NCBI GenBank assembly: GCA_963761035.1
Contig: CAVXFH010000002.1
Span: 1,215,017 to 1,279,016 of the forward strand
Direction: 5' to 3'
Source: an uncultured Gammaproteobacteria bacterium
GTDB lineage: Bacteria > Pseudomonadota > Gammaproteobacteria > DRLM01
Length of the DNA stretch: 64,000 nucleotides
Shown here piece by piece: positions 49,449 through 61,760 of this stretch. The notes beneath the pieces were generated by a model. That model was not told the DNA's origin. It saw nothing but the letters and a program-made list of their open reading frames with translations, and searched no databases. The translations under genes were made by a program, and so were the position numbers. Numbering within the stretch: position 1 is the first letter of the stretch; every line of letters starts with the position of its first letter.

Positions 49449-49745
49449 GCGACCTCATAGATTACGATTACACGGCAGGGACAAGTCAGAGATGACTTGA
49501 TCGACAAGAAAGTCAATAAGGATTGGGATCGGATACAGGCACCATCTACATACTTGCTGGCACTCATAGTTGGTGCACATCCTATATATTGCATTATTCG
49601 CGGCACCAGCCTGCTAAGGGTTACAGCAGAGACCCGCGAAAGCCGCATGACATTGCTGCGGGATCGCAACTGCGCTTCCGGTGAATTTCCCGACGCTATT
49701 TCTTATTTATCCGGTGAGTGATGGCTGCTGCAACAAGAGACGCCA

Positions 49746-52700
49746 TCAATGCATGAAGTCCATATTTAGCAGCCGGTTGATGGAATCCGGCCTGTCGATC
49801 ATATAACCCTGAACATAATCGACGCCTATCTCGCGCAACAGCTCGAGAACCGCGGCGTTTTCAACGAACTCCGCAACTACTTTCTTTTTCATAAAATGCG
49901 CTATCTCCGTGATCGATTTAACCACGGCATAGTCACTGGAGCCGGCGACCATATTCTTCACGAATGCGCCGTCAATTTTTACCGAATCAACGGGGAGGTT
50001 TTTTAGATAGCCGTAGCTTGACATGCCGCTGCCGAAATCATCCAATGCGAAACGACACCCTTCTTCCTTAATCCTTTCGATAAATAAGATGGCATCGGAA
50101 AGACTAGCGATACCGACCGTCTCTGTCACCTCGAAGCAAATCTTATCACGAGGCACGCTCACGGCTTTCAGTTTCTCCAATAAATAATCCAAGAAACCCT
50201 CTTCATTAATGGACTGGCCAGACAAGTTGATAGAGAAACCGTCTATCTTATCCATGACTTCGGGATTGCTTTCGATCCACGATAAGGTTCCTATAATCAC
50301 GTATCGATCCACCGCTGACATCCGGCGATACCATTCCGCGGCCTTGATGAATTCGCTCGGCGAACCGATTTCGCCATGCTCGTCCCTGACACCCATCAAT
50401 ATCTCGAAATGAGGCCGTTCCTCGCTGTCGCTTGCCAGCGGTTGAATGCGCTGGCACCTGATCTCCAGCGCGCCTTCTTCCAACATCGTATCAATCTTGC
50501 CGATCCACTTCATGACCTCCGCCTGGTGCGCGACGCGCGAGTGGCCGGCATGAAAGACCTGCAATCTGTTTCCGCCATTATCCTTGGCGATGCTGCAACT
50601 CGACTCGGCGGCCAGCAACAACTCATCGACATCGCCGCTACGGGAGCTAATTGGCACCAATCCCATGCTCAATGTGGCCGAATAGACATCACCCTTCCAT
50701 TCCATTTTGTACCCGGCGACGCTCTCGATTTTCTGTTCTGCGACAGCAAGGGCGTCGTCCAATGAGCACTCCTTAAGGAGTATCCCGAACTGATCGCCGC
50801 CAAGACGCGCGATTTCCGCATTGCCGGGCAAGTTGTCGTGAAGGATTTTCACCGAGTTTTGCAATAACTGATCACCGCCCGCATAGCCACAACTGTTATT
50901 GATGGCGCTGAATTTATCTATATCGATGAACAACAGGACATGCCTTGCGTCATCTCGCTTGGCGCTCGCCACGGCTTCTCGCATCAGTCTGTCAAATTCA
51001 CGACGATTGATCAGCCCCGTCACGCTGTCATGAGTGCTTTCGTGTAAGACCTGCTGATAGAGATCCTGCATAATAACGTATTGGGCTCTATCCATGGCGG
51101 GATCGGCGACATTGTCCTGGGGCTTCATGATTCTAAGATGCATCATAACCGCCACGTCGGCGGCCTTTAATACTGTTTCCTTTATTCCCTTCAAATTCAC
51201 GAATACATAGATCGATTTTTGATCATCCACCCAACCGACGCGTAACCTTTGAGGGCTACCCCCTGGAAAGGTTTGAAGCATGCTATCGCCTACACGCAAT
51301 CTACGCACATGCATCAACCATTTATGCTTTTCGGCTGTGGAGATACTGGTATCACTCACTACGTTATCTTCAAATATTTCCGGCTCCGGAGGAGACGCTT
51401 CGCATTCCTTGACTAAATCTCTTACGTTGTCCTCATATGCCTTGTTTTGAACCTTGATAAGCTTAGTCAGTTTATTGAGTATTTCCTCAAAGATTTTCGC
51501 GCCATCGGTGCTTTCCTTGGCAACCTTTTCCAATAGTTCCTCGATGGCTGCGCTAATGGCGCTTTGCTTCGAATTGGCCTTACCCTGATGATAGAATTCA
51601 AGTTGAGCGATATTGTTGACTACCTGGCGAGCCACATGGGAGTGATCAAAGAACAAGGTGGGGTCCAATAACGCCATCTTGATAACGGGTAGCTCGAGTT
51701 GCCTGAGCCACGGCTTGACGCTTTCAGCCACTAAGGGATCGGTCTGCATGGCACCTAGTAGGTCGCCGGTGACCTCCAGTACGTTACTGTCGCGGGGATT
51801 AAGTTGCTTCACGTTGCCTTCCCCGGTTCGTGACAGCAAGACCGCGGCAATGCGCGACTTAAGGTTATGAGGCTGATCTTCGCTATACTGAAAGCTTTGA
51901 GGAGTTGTCTGCAAGTCGGCAATAGCAGCGACTAAATCGGAAGTTGCATAACACTTACTGATATCTGTGATTTCCGGCGTAATCTCGGTTAGTTCCGTCA
52001 TGCCGGGTGATAATTCGCGCTGTCCCGGCAACAAATCCGCCCTCTGCCTAGCTAGCCCGTGCCGCAATGCGCGCAAGTCCTGCACGACTTGGAACAGATT
52101 CTGGGGCGCTGCCTGTCCGCCGGTAGAAGCTGCTGCCGTAGGAGAAATGAAAGAGGGCGCGGGCATTTCGCTCTGCGGGTTCACAGCAACTCCGGACTTC
52201 ACAGCTACGGTTGGCGGCTCGGTACTTTGCTTCGATAATGCCGACCGGTGAAGCATTCTGTATTTGAGGTCGGGTAATACGCTATATTCGATCAGGATGC
52301 CGTTGAGTTTTGCATAAAGATCCGACGACAAGTTGATTAGAATATCCTTGAACACAGCATAACAAGCAGTATTGACAGCTTCTTTGAACTTGAAGTAACT
52401 CAGTCCGGCTTGAAATGACTCTGCGAAAAGAGCCGGCCCATAGGGATTATTGGCGTGACTGATCTGCGCATTGAATAATACCGACAACCGCTCTTCGAGC
52501 ATGGCCAGCGTCTCTTTGTATTTTTCCTCAACCTTGCCGGTAACATCTGAAATTGCCAACCACGTCCCTAAATCCTCATCACCGATAAGCGACAAGTTTT
52601 CAAAAGACAGATTCGCGATACGCTGCCCCTCTGCTTCTTTAGTACCGTACGTCTTTTCATGGGCCGCCTGTAATCGCTCTTTAAAACTCGAGTGCACTAT

Positions 52701-53354
52701 ATCGAGAAACTTATTCTGATTTGCTTTGATATCTCCAGCTGCAATAAAATAGACATTCTGTTCCTCGATACCGACAGAATTACTGGAAAGATCAAATAAG
52801 CGTTGATAGAGCCGGTCACCTAGTTGCTCCAATAAGGAGTCCATTGTCGCTAGAACGAGACGACCACAATCGGCTAATATGCCACTGCATTGCAGATCGA
52901 TCGAGTTTCCGCGATTACTGCCTATCTCCAGTTCATGGGGCCGTGGATTTCCCGAGGAAAATTGCAGCGCAAACTGCTGCATGGTCCGCAGTGCATCGCG
53001 TTCCGGGTTGACAAAAGCAAGACCAACGCCGTTTTGCATGGCGCGGACGATGCGCGCTTGAAACTGTAGAAGCTTATCGCCGTCCGGCATGGGGACGATA
53101 GTTTGTACCACAAACCTGTTTTTTACTTCGAAGAAGTGCAATTGCTCTTGCGCCGCTTGCGGGGAATAATGCAGCAGCATCCCCCCCATGCAAAAATCCT
53201 TCATCTCGCATTGAATTTTGCGCCCATCGGGAGCAATGAGTGTCGCACCCAACACCACAGGATAACGCACGAAGGCGCGCCGACCTTTTTCTGAAGGATC
53301 AACTTTTGGCGGGTTGGATTCCGCAATCTGCTTATTTAGCTTTGGTGCTTGCAT
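49746..53354 (-). CDS. PilZ - DUF1631 - GGDEF (degenerate GGDQF) - EAL multidomain c-di-GMP signalling protein, 1202 aa, in a low-GC island
   Basis: N-terminal RRAFVRYPV...DFCMGGMLL (PilZ-like). Long DUF1631-like middle. GGDEF domain with RLGGDQFGILL. C-terminal EAL domain (EILMGVRDEHGEI..., DDFGSGMSSYGYLKNLPVDSVKIDGAFV). GC is markedly lower than in neighbouring genes. Confidence 0.75.
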   Translation of the reverse strand: MQAPKLNKQIAESNPPKVDPSEKGRRAFVRYPVVLGATLIAPDGRKIQCEMKDFCMGGMLLHYSPQAAQEQLHFFEVKNRFVVQTIVPMPDGDKLLQFQARIVRAMQNGVGLAFVNPERDALRTMQQFALQFSSGNPRPHELEIGSNRGNSIDLQCSGILADCGRLVLATMDSLLEQLGDRLYQRLFDLSSNSVGIEEQNVYFIAAGDIKANQNKFLDIVHSSFKERLQAAHEKTYGTKEAEGQRIANLSFENLSLIGDEDLGTWLAISDVTGKVEEKYKETLAMLEERLSVLFNAQISHANNPYGPALFAESFQAGLSYFKFKEAVNTACYAVFKDILINLSSDLYAKLNGILIEYSVLPDLKYRMLHRSALSKQSTEPPTVAVKSGVAVNPQSEMPAPSFISPTAAASTGGQAAPQNLFQVVQDLRALRHGLARQRADLLPGQRELSPGMTELTEITPEITDISKCYATSDLVAAIADLQTTPQSFQYSEDQPHNLKSRIAAVLLSRTGEGNVKQLNPRDSNVLEVTGDLLGAMQTDPLVAESVKPWLRQLELPVIKMALLDPTLFFDHSHVARQVVNNIAQLEFYHQGKANSKQSAISAAIEELLEKVAKESTDGAKIFEEILNKLTKLIKVQNKAYEDNVRDLVKECEASPPEPEIFEDNVVSDTSISTAEKHKWLMHVRRLRVGDSMLQTFPGGSPQRLRVGWVDDQKSIYVFVNLKGIKETVLKAADVAVMMHLRIMKPQDNVADPAMDRAQYVIMQDLYQQVLHESTHDSVTGLINRREFDRLMREAVASAKRDDARHVLLFIDIDKFSAINNSCGYAGGDQLLQNSVKILHDNLPGNAEIARLGGDQFGILLKECSLDDALAVAEQKIESVAGYKMEWKGDVYSATLSMGLVPISSRSGDVDELLLAAESSCSIAKDNGGNRLQVFHAGHSRVAHQAEVMKWIGKIDTMLEEGALEIRCQRIQPLASDSEERPHFEILMGVRDEHGEIGSPSEFIKAAEWYRRMSAVDRYVIIGTLSWIESNPEVMDKIDGFSINLSGQSINEEGFLDYLLEKLKAVSVPRDKICFEVTETVGIASLSDAILFIERIKEEGCRFALDDFGSGMSSYGYLKNLPVDSVKIDGAFVKNMVAGSSDYAVVKSITEIAHFMKKKVVAEFVENAAVLELLREIGVDYVQGYMIDRPDSINRLLNMDFMH

Positions 53355-53973
53355 TACAATATTGCTTTTTCACGAGCAGGCGAATTTGTCTGCAAGATCA
53401 CGCCGCGTTATTGACATAATTAAACCGCCTTCTTGCAGCTCCGCCTCATTCACTTAGGAATATTACAGTTAACTTATCGACCCTCATCATCACTCCTTTA
53501 ACGCTTGATATATGAATTTTAACTCCAGACCCGGAATCGACGACGAGGCCACGATGGTCGGCCAAAAGAAATTAATCGGTTGGTTATTTTTTACCTATGC
53601 GGATCGACTACTTATCCACAAAAACGTATTATATGCGCTGTAGATCTGCGTCTACACGATAGTGCTGATTAGATTGGGCTGCGGACCGGCGCTTCCGCCA
53701 CAGCGGCCCACAGAGCGAAACGTTCGCTTAAATTGCGGCGTGGGGGTTCATCGAGCCCATGGGGCAATGGTTATGCCTGGTATCCAAAAAATCGATCAAC
53801 GCCGCAGTCCAAAATAGGTCCGGTCCCGGGCGGATGCCGAATAGGGCATAAGCACTGTCCCAGCATGGTCAATAATACTGATCGATTAATTGTCATAATG
53901 ACGCCGTTGTCAGCCTATTTGCCCGAAATTCGTCGGAACACGCAGGGTTGCCTGCGCTATCCCCGCGGGGCCT

Positions 53974-55860
53974 TCATTCTTCGAGATAGGTATAGCCCGC
54001 CAAGCCTTCTTCCAATTCCACCAAATAGGCCTTGCGTAAGTCATGGCTCAGATCCGCCTCGTTAAGCTTGCGACGATAAGCGGCGAGCAGATCTTCGGCG
54101 TTGAAGTGCACATAGCGCAGCAACTCGTCCACGGTGTCGCCGCGTTGCGGCTGCACTAATTTATAAGTATCGCCGGCGCCGAGCTCGACATTCACCGCAT
54201 CGGTATCGCCGAACAGATTATGCATATCGCCGAGGATTTCCTGATAAGCTCCGATCAAGAACACACCGATCAAATACGGATCGTCCTTGCGCACGCTGTG
54301 CAGGGGTAGACTGGACTCCACGCCTTCGCGGTCTACGTAGTGATCGATACGACCGTCGGAATCACAGGTGAGGTCCTGGATAACGGCGCGCCGATCGGGC
54401 CGCTCGTCTAAACGATGCAAGGGCATGATGGGAAATACCTGATCAATGGCCCATACGTCGGGCAGGGATTGAAACAAGGAAAAATTGCAGAAATATTTGT
54501 CCGCCAGTTTCTCGTTCAACTCATCGAGCATCTCGCGATGGGCGCGCGTCTCCGGCTTCAACAGACTACGCACCTCGGCGCAGATGGCAAAAAACAATTG
54601 TTCGGCGCGGGCGCGCTGCGCCAGACTCAAAACGCCATGGGTATACATGGACTGGGCCTCGCCCACCCAATGTTCGGCGTCGTGATAGCCTTCCAGCACC
54701 GAACGCGAACTCAAATTTTGCAATGTTTGCCACAGGTCGTGAATAATCAGCGGCTCATCGTCGCCGGGCGACGGGAGCATTTTACCGACGTGCGCCTGCT
54801 CGATGCCGATGACGTTGGTGATCAATACCGCGTGGTGGGCGGTCATGGCCCGGCCCGATTCGGTAATTACATCGGGATGGGGAAGGCCTTGCTGCTTGCA
54901 AATTTCCCACAGGGTATGGATGACGTTATTGGCATATTCCTGCACGCTGTAATTCATGGAGCAATAACTGCGCGAGCGCGTTCCCTCGTAATCGACGCCT
55001 AGCCCGCCGCCGACATCGACGCAGCGGATGTTCACGCCCAGTCTGTGCAATTCGGCATAATAGCGCGCTGCCTCGCGCATCCCGCTTTGGATGTCTCGTA
55101 CATTGGCCACCTGTGATCCCAAGTGAAAGTGCATCAATTGCAGAGACTCCAGCATCCCCGCCTGACGCAGTTCGTCCACGGCGGCAAGGACTTGCATCGC
55201 GGATAGACCGAACTTGGACTTATCGCCGCCGGTGTTCTGCCACTTTCCGTGTCCGATGGAAGCTAAGCGCACGCGGATGCCCAACAGTGGCGCGACCTTC
55301 ATCTTGCGTGCCTCTTCGATCACCGTGGCCAATTCGGAAAGTTTCTCCACTACGATGTACACCCGGTGACCGATGCTTCTTCCTATGAGAGCAAGGCGAA
55401 TGTATTCGCGGTCCTTATAACCGTTGCACACCACCACCCCGTCGGGTTTGGACAAGGCCAATACCGCCATCAACTCCGGCTTGCTGCCCGCCTCCAACCC
55501 CACCCGCGCATCGCCGTGGCGTAGAATTTCCTGCACCACGCTCTTCTGCTGATTGACCTTGATGGGGTATACCGCGGTGTAGCGGCCTTGATAATCCACC
55601 ACGCTCATGGCCTGCGCAAAGGCACCGCACATGACATCCACGCGGTCGTGAAGAATATCGGAAAAGCGCACCAACAAGGGTAATGCCAAACCGGCAGCCT
55701 GGGCCTCCCGGCTCAACCTATAGAGGTCGACGCCGGGGTGATCGCCACCGGGGCGCGGACGTACCTGAAGGTTGCCTTCGCCGTTGATGTCGAAGTACTT
55801 CCCGCCCCAATGGGCTATGTTATAGGTGTCCCGCGCCTGTTGGATATCCCATTCATGCAT
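53974..55860 (-). CDS. speA: Biosynthetic arginine decarboxylase
   Basis: MHEWDIQQARDTYNIAHWGGKYFDINGEGNLQVRP is canonical SpeA. Confidence 0.85.
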   Translation of the reverse strand: MHEWDIQQARDTYNIAHWGGKYFDINGEGNLQVRPRPGGDHPGVDLYRLSREAQAAGLALPLLVRFSDILHDRVDVMCGAFAQAMSVVDYQGRYTAVYPIKVNQQKSVVQEILRHGDARVGLEAGSKPELMAVLALSKPDGVVVCNGYKDREYIRLALIGRSIGHRVYIVVEKLSELATVIEEARKMKVAPLLGIRVRLASIGHGKWQNTGGDKSKFGLSAMQVLAAVDELRQAGMLESLQLMHFHLGSQVANVRDIQSGMREAARYYAELHRLGVNIRCVDVGGGLGVDYEGTRSRSYCSMNYSVQEYANNVIHTLWEICKQQGLPHPDVITESGRAMTAHHAVLITNVIGIEQAHVGKMLPSPGDDEPLIIHDLWQTLQNLSSRSVLEGYHDAEHWVGEAQSMYTHGVLSLAQRARAEQLFFAICAEVRSLLKPETRAHREMLDELNEKLADKYFCNFSLFQSLPDVWAIDQVFPIMPLHRLDERPDRRAVIQDLTCDSDGRIDHYVDREGVESSLPLHSVRKDDPYLIGVFLIGAYQEILGDMHNLFGDTDAVNVELGAGDTYKLVQPQRGDTVDELLRYVHFNAEDLLAAYRRKLNEADLSHDLRKAYLVELEEGLAGYTYLEE

Positions 55861-55990
55861 TATCCTATCGCCCCTGTTGGGTAATGATGGGGGATTATAG
55901 AAGAAATTCCCCCGCCGCGCTTATTGGCGGCGGGGCGGCCATCCTGTATCGTTACGCCCTTTCAAGCCACTATCGAGGAGCCGCCACACC

Positions 55991-56845
55991 ATGGCCCTGG
56001 ACGACACTTGGTTCACCGAGATCCACCAAGCCGACGGCTCGGCCTTTTCTCTCAAGGTAAAGGCCAAGCTCCACGACGAACAGACGCCCTTTCAGCGTAT
56101 CGAGATCTTCGACACCGTGCACTGGGGCAAGCTCATGACCATCGACGGCTTTTACATGGTCTCTACCCGGGATAATTTCCTCTACCACGAGATGATGAGC
56201 CACGTTGCCTTATTTACCCATCCTGATCCGAAAAAGGTACTGATTATCGGCGGCGGCGACTGCGGCACGCTGAGTGAAGTGCTTAAACACCTGGAGGTGG
56301 ATCGCGCCTGGCAGGTGGACATTGATGATGCCGTCACCCGCCTGTCCCTAATCCATTTCCCCGAGCTGTGCGAACGCAACGGCGACGAGCGCGCACAACT
56401 GCTGTTCGCCGACGGCATCAAGTGGGTGCATGATACCGACAGCGCCAGCCTAGACATCATCATCGTTGACAGTACCGACCCCATCGGCCCGGCGGAAGGC
56501 CTATTCAACCGGGCATTCTATGAGCAATGCCACCGCATCCTGCGCAGCGGCGGGCTCTTGGTGCAGCAAAGCGAATCGCCGCTCTACCATCCGCGGCTGA
56601 TCAAAGACATGCGCGGCGCCATGCACACCGCCGGTTTCAAAGACAGCAAGACCCATTATTTTCCGCAACCGATCTATCCTTCAGGCTGGTGGTCCGCTAC
56701 GACAGCTTGCAAGGACGGCAAGATTCCCGACTTCCGCGAGACGGCCGCCCGCAATAAACCCTTCAAGACACGCTACTACAACGCCGACATCCACCGCGCT
56801 GCGCTGGCGCAGCCGGAGTTCTGCAAAGAGACGGGGTTGGGTTGA
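55991..56845 (+). CDS. speE: Polyamine aminopropyltransferase (spermidine synthase)
   Basis: ...VLIIGGGDCGTLSEVLKH...IIVDSTDPIGPAEGLF... is canonical. Confidence 0.85.
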   Translation: MALDDTWFTEIHQADGSAFSLKVKAKLHDEQTPFQRIEIFDTVHWGKLMTIDGFYMVSTRDNFLYHEMMSHVALFTHPDPKKVLIIGGGDCGTLSEVLKHLEVDRAWQVDIDDAVTRLSLIHFPELCERNGDERAQLLFADGIKWVHDTDSASLDIIIVDSTDPIGPAEGLFNRAFYEQCHRILRSGGLLVQQSESPLYHPRLIKDMRGAMHTAGFKDSKTHYFPQPIYPSGWWSATTACKDGKIPDFRETAARNKPFKTRYYNADIHRAALAQPEFCKETGLG

Positions 56846-56907
56846 AGCGGCGTATCGCTATACGGTGAAGAGCGTAGGCCGACCACATTGCTCGGCGGCG
56901 CAATGTA

Positions 56908-58134
56908 CTATCGCTCCGGAAGCGCGCCGTCTTCCTCCAAGGCGGCGTCTGCCGCCGGCGCCGATACAGCTTGATAATCGATACTGATACGGTCCGTCGC
57001 ACAAGGTCGGAACCATTCGTCGGCAAAGGCCACATGCTCGGGGTGGACGCGGTAGCTGTCGATCACCTGAGAATGGGCGAAACGCACCAGCCAGCAGTAA
57101 CGGTACCTATCGCCTTCCCGCACGGCGCGGCCGCAGAAGACGCGCCGCACACCCGGCACTTGCGCCAGGACCCGGCGACCTTGGGCCATCATGGCCTCGG
57201 CCTGTCGTTCCGTTTTGCCCTCGACATTGTATATGATCAAGTGTTCCACTTCGTTCCAGGCCGCCGCCGCGGCCAGCACTGCATCCGCGCGCTTTGCGGC
57301 GCCCCACACGCGCAGACAGCGCTCCACTTCGCGGCCGATGGTTTCACTGACCCCTTGAAGCAAGGCCATATAACCTCCGTTGGGATCTTCGAGGGAATTG
57401 CTCCGAATGCGCCGCGACGCAATGAATGAAAGCGAACTGTAATAATTTATCCTGGCAACACCTCGATCGACAAGACATTTTGACTCCGCATCGCTGAGAC
57501 CGCTGCCGCCGTGAATCACCAGCGGCACATCCACCACCCGACTAATACGTGCCAAGCGCTCCAGATTGAGCTGAGGCCGTTCAGCAGACAAGCCATGACC
57601 CGTACCGATGGAAACCGCTAAGAAATCCACCTTGGTTTGCCGCACATATTGCTGCGCCTCGTCGGGCCAGGTATACACGCCCGGCACGCCGTCCGTTTCT
57701 GCTTCTCTGGCATAACCGGATACGATGCCGATCTCACCCTCGACAGGGATTCCGCACGCGTGAGCGACTTCGACGATGGCGCGCGTCCGCTTTACGTTTT
57801 CCTCAAACGATAAATGGGAGCCGTCGAACTTCACGCCGTTGCAGCCCAGGCGTATGCCTCGCACAACACCGTCCGGATCGGTGGCGTGATCCAAGTGTAT
57901 GGCCACCGGCACCGGGCTGCGCTTCGCCCCCACCACAGCCGCCGCCATCAACATTTCGACATCGTAGTATTTGAACTGCGGTACAACGAAATTTAAAATC
58001 ACCGGGGCACAGCACGTTTCCGCACCCTTCATCACCCCCTGCAATAGCTCCAGGGAGACAATATCGAAGGCGCCCACCGCATAATGATTGCCGCGCGCAT
58101 GCACCAGCATATCCCGCATGTTGACTAGCGGCAC
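56908..58134 (-). CDS. Class II fructose/tagatose-bisphosphate aldolase family protein fused to a C-terminal Dabb (stress-responsive alpha/beta barrel) domain
   Basis: N-terminal MPLVNMRDMLVHARGNHYAVGAFDIVSLE..., IHLDHATD zinc site and HGGSG. C-terminal ~100 aa ...VEHLIIYNVEGKTERQAEAMMAQGRRVLAQVPGVRRVFCGRAVREGDRYRYCWLVRFAHSQVIDSYRVHPEHVAF (Dabb-like). Confidence 0.65.
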   Translation of the reverse strand: MPLVNMRDMLVHARGNHYAVGAFDIVSLELLQGVMKGAETCCAPVILNFVVPQFKYYDVEMLMAAAVVGAKRSPVPVAIHLDHATDPDGVVRGIRLGCNGVKFDGSHLSFEENVKRTRAIVEVAHACGIPVEGEIGIVSGYAREAETDGVPGVYTWPDEAQQYVRQTKVDFLAVSIGTGHGLSAERPQLNLERLARISRVVDVPLVIHGGSGLSDAESKCLVDRGVARINYYSSLSFIASRRIRSNSLEDPNGGYMALLQGVSETIGREVERCLRVWGAAKRADAVLAAAAAWNEVEHLIIYNVEGKTERQAEAMMAQGRRVLAQVPGVRRVFCGRAVREGDRYRYCWLVRFAHSQVIDSYRVHPEHVAFADEWFRPCATDRISIDYQAVSAPAADAALEEDGALPER

Positions 58135-58184
58135 GCCTCTCTCCCGAAAGAGCGGATTGCATTATCAATTCGACATAGCATGGG

Positions 58185-58547
58185 TCATCCATTCTTCCCA
58201 TTAAGAAGTTCGTTTAACGCCGCGTTCAACGCATCTAATGCCGAACCCATGACCAAACCGGCACAGCGATGGTACAACTCAAGGGTACAGGATATGGGCT
58301 CATGCAGGTTGTCGCGATGCCGCACAGCGAATTCCACCCACGCCATCACCGGCTGATCCTCGGCGTTGGCATCAACGCAGAGCCAGAGATTATCGTCCAA
58401 CAGGATCTCCAAGCCGCGATGCTCCGGCACGGCGACCCGCAGAGGAGCGCCCAAGCGCCGCAGGGCCAGACGCGCACGATTGTAGACAGACGCCTCGATG
58501 GTCTTGGGCATCTTGCGCAGTACCATCGATGTGGGCCGCTCGCGCAT
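58185..58547 (-). CDS. Hypothetical protein within the cbb operon
   Basis: 120-aa ORF between cbbX and the aldolase gene, same strand. No motif recognised. Start is uncertain. Confidence 0.4.
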   Translation of the reverse strand: MRERPTSMVLRKMPKTIEASVYNRARLALRRLGAPLRVAVPEHRGLEILLDDNLWLCVDANAEDQPVMAWVEFAVRHRDNLHEPISCTLELYHRCAGLVMGSALDALNAALNELLNGKNG

Positions 58548-58588
58548 AGAGGTCTATTCGAATAGCTATGTAATACCGAAATCGCGGT

Positions 58589-59530
58589 TTAATCCTCGGC
58601 ATCCACCTCGTCACTGTCACTTCTGCCTTCGGTAAACACCCGACTGACCAAGACATCGTCGGATTCGATGGTAATCAGATCGGACTTACTGAGCTTTCTC
58701 TTAGGGTCGGCGAACAGACGATTGGCCTGGCGCAGGCGCGCGCGGTCCAGCGCGTTGCGCACCGAACGGGCATTGGAGAAATGCGGAAGTTTCATGCGCA
58801 GCTTCAGATAGTCGGCGAAGGCCTTCTCACCCTCCGCGCTGAAACGATAGTTCTGCTGCGCCAGCATCAGCCTGGCGATGTGCAGTAACTCCTCCCCCGT
58901 GTAGTCTGGGAAATCGATGTGATGGGCGATACGCGAGCGCATGCCCGGATTGCTCTGAAAGAATCGTTCCATCTTGTCCTTGTAACCGGCCAGGATCACG
59001 ACGAGATCGTCGCGATTGTTTTCCATGATCTGCAGCAGGATTTCGATGGACTCCTGACCGTAATCGCGTTCGTTCTCCGGTTTGTAAAGATAATAGGCCT
59101 CGTCGATGAACAGCACGCCGCCCATGGCCTTCTTGATGACCTCCTTGGTCTTGGGCGCGGTATGGCCGATATACTGGCCGACCAGGTCGTCACGGGTAAC
59201 CGTAATAAGGTGGCCTTCGCGCACGTAACCCAGACGCTTCAATATCTCGCCCATACGCATCGCCACCGTGGTCTTGCCGGTGCCGGGGTTGCCGGTGAAA
59301 CACATGTGCAGGGTGGGCGTTTCGGAACTGAGCTCGAATTTCCTGCGGAGGCGATCGACCAACAGCAAGGCGGCCACCTCGCGGATGCGAGTCTTGACGG
59401 GCTTCAATCCAATCAATTCCCGGTCGAGTTTGTCCAACACCTCTTGGATGTTAGAGGCCTTGAATTCGGCCTCAAGATCCACCCGCGCGTCGTCCGTCAT
59501 GGCGATCTCTGAATTCTTGGCATTACTCAT
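58589..59530 (-). CDS. cbbX: CbbX, AAA+ red-type RuBisCO activase
   Basis: Walker [14 protein letters not shown], Walker [11 protein letters not shown], and the CbbX-type C-terminus. Confidence 0.85.
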   Translation of the reverse strand: MSNAKNSEIAMTDDARVDLEAEFKASNIQEVLDKLDRELIGLKPVKTRIREVAALLLVDRLRRKFELSSETPTLHMCFTGNPGTGKTTVAMRMGEILKRLGYVREGHLITVTRDDLVGQYIGHTAPKTKEVIKKAMGGVLFIDEAYYLYKPENERDYGQESIEILLQIMENNRDDLVVILAGYKDKMERFFQSNPGMRSRIAHHIDFPDYTGEELLHIARLMLAQQNYRFSAEGEKAFADYLKLRMKLPHFSNARSVRNALDRARLRQANRLFADPKRKLSKSDLITIESDDVLVSRVFTEGRSDSDEVDAED

Positions 59531-59615
59531 ACCACAAGTATCCTGTTACAACTGGGTAAGGAAAGTGGCGGACAACGTGTCCGCCACCGGTCTTTACATC
59601 TCATCTTACCTACTA

Positions 59616-60053
59616 CTACTTATACCGCTCACCCTCCGGCTTGTCCGTGGCATAGCTATGCACGGTGTAGCGGATGTTGCGGCCGTCCGCCTCCTGTCGC
59701 GACAGACCGAAGCCCGGCTCGTGCTTGGGACGGTTGACGATATACGACATGGTCGGCGATTCCACGCCGCGGGTACTGTTGAAGGCCGTCACCCGAATGT
59801 AGTGATTGGGAAAGGTTTTGCGGCAGTTGTTGATCTCCATGAGGATCCCGGCGGGATCCTTGAGATCAAACATGGGCATGCCGAACATCTCCCAATAGGT
59901 GTTGCGCGGGTGCGGATCGTCGGTGTATTCGACGTTGACCGCCCAGTTGTTTTTCAGCGCGTATTTGATCTGCGCCGTGATCTGTGCATCGGTCAAGTCA
60001 GGGAGAAACGAGAACTGGCCCTGAGTGATTCGATTGCCGTGATTAGTCATCAT
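59616..60053 (-). CDS. cbbS: RuBisCO small subunit, red-type (form IC/ID, with C-terminal extension)
   Basis: [63 protein letters not shown]. Confidence 0.85.
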   Translation of the reverse strand: MMTNHGNRITQGQFSFLPDLTDAQITAQIKYALKNNWAVNVEYTDDPHPRNTYWEMFGMPMFDLKDPAGILMEINNCRKTFPNHYIRVTAFNSTRGVESPTMSYIVNRPKHEPGFGLSRQEADGRNIRYTVHSYATDKPEGERYK

Positions 60054-60075
60054 GATGGCGTCTCCTTAATCTGTC

Positions 60076-61575
<1,500 letters not shown>

Positions 61576-61760
61576 TTATACTGTCTATACCGTAGCCAAT
61601 CCTGCCCCCAAGGGTGCTACGCCGCAGGCGGTGTAGCCGGCAATGTCACTACGTTGACCTTATCCTGCCCGGCGATAGCCATCAATAACAGTCAATTTTT
61701 TCGATCATCATGATAGACTTTTGTCTATCTATATAATCCATTTGGACGAGCGCCTTATCT

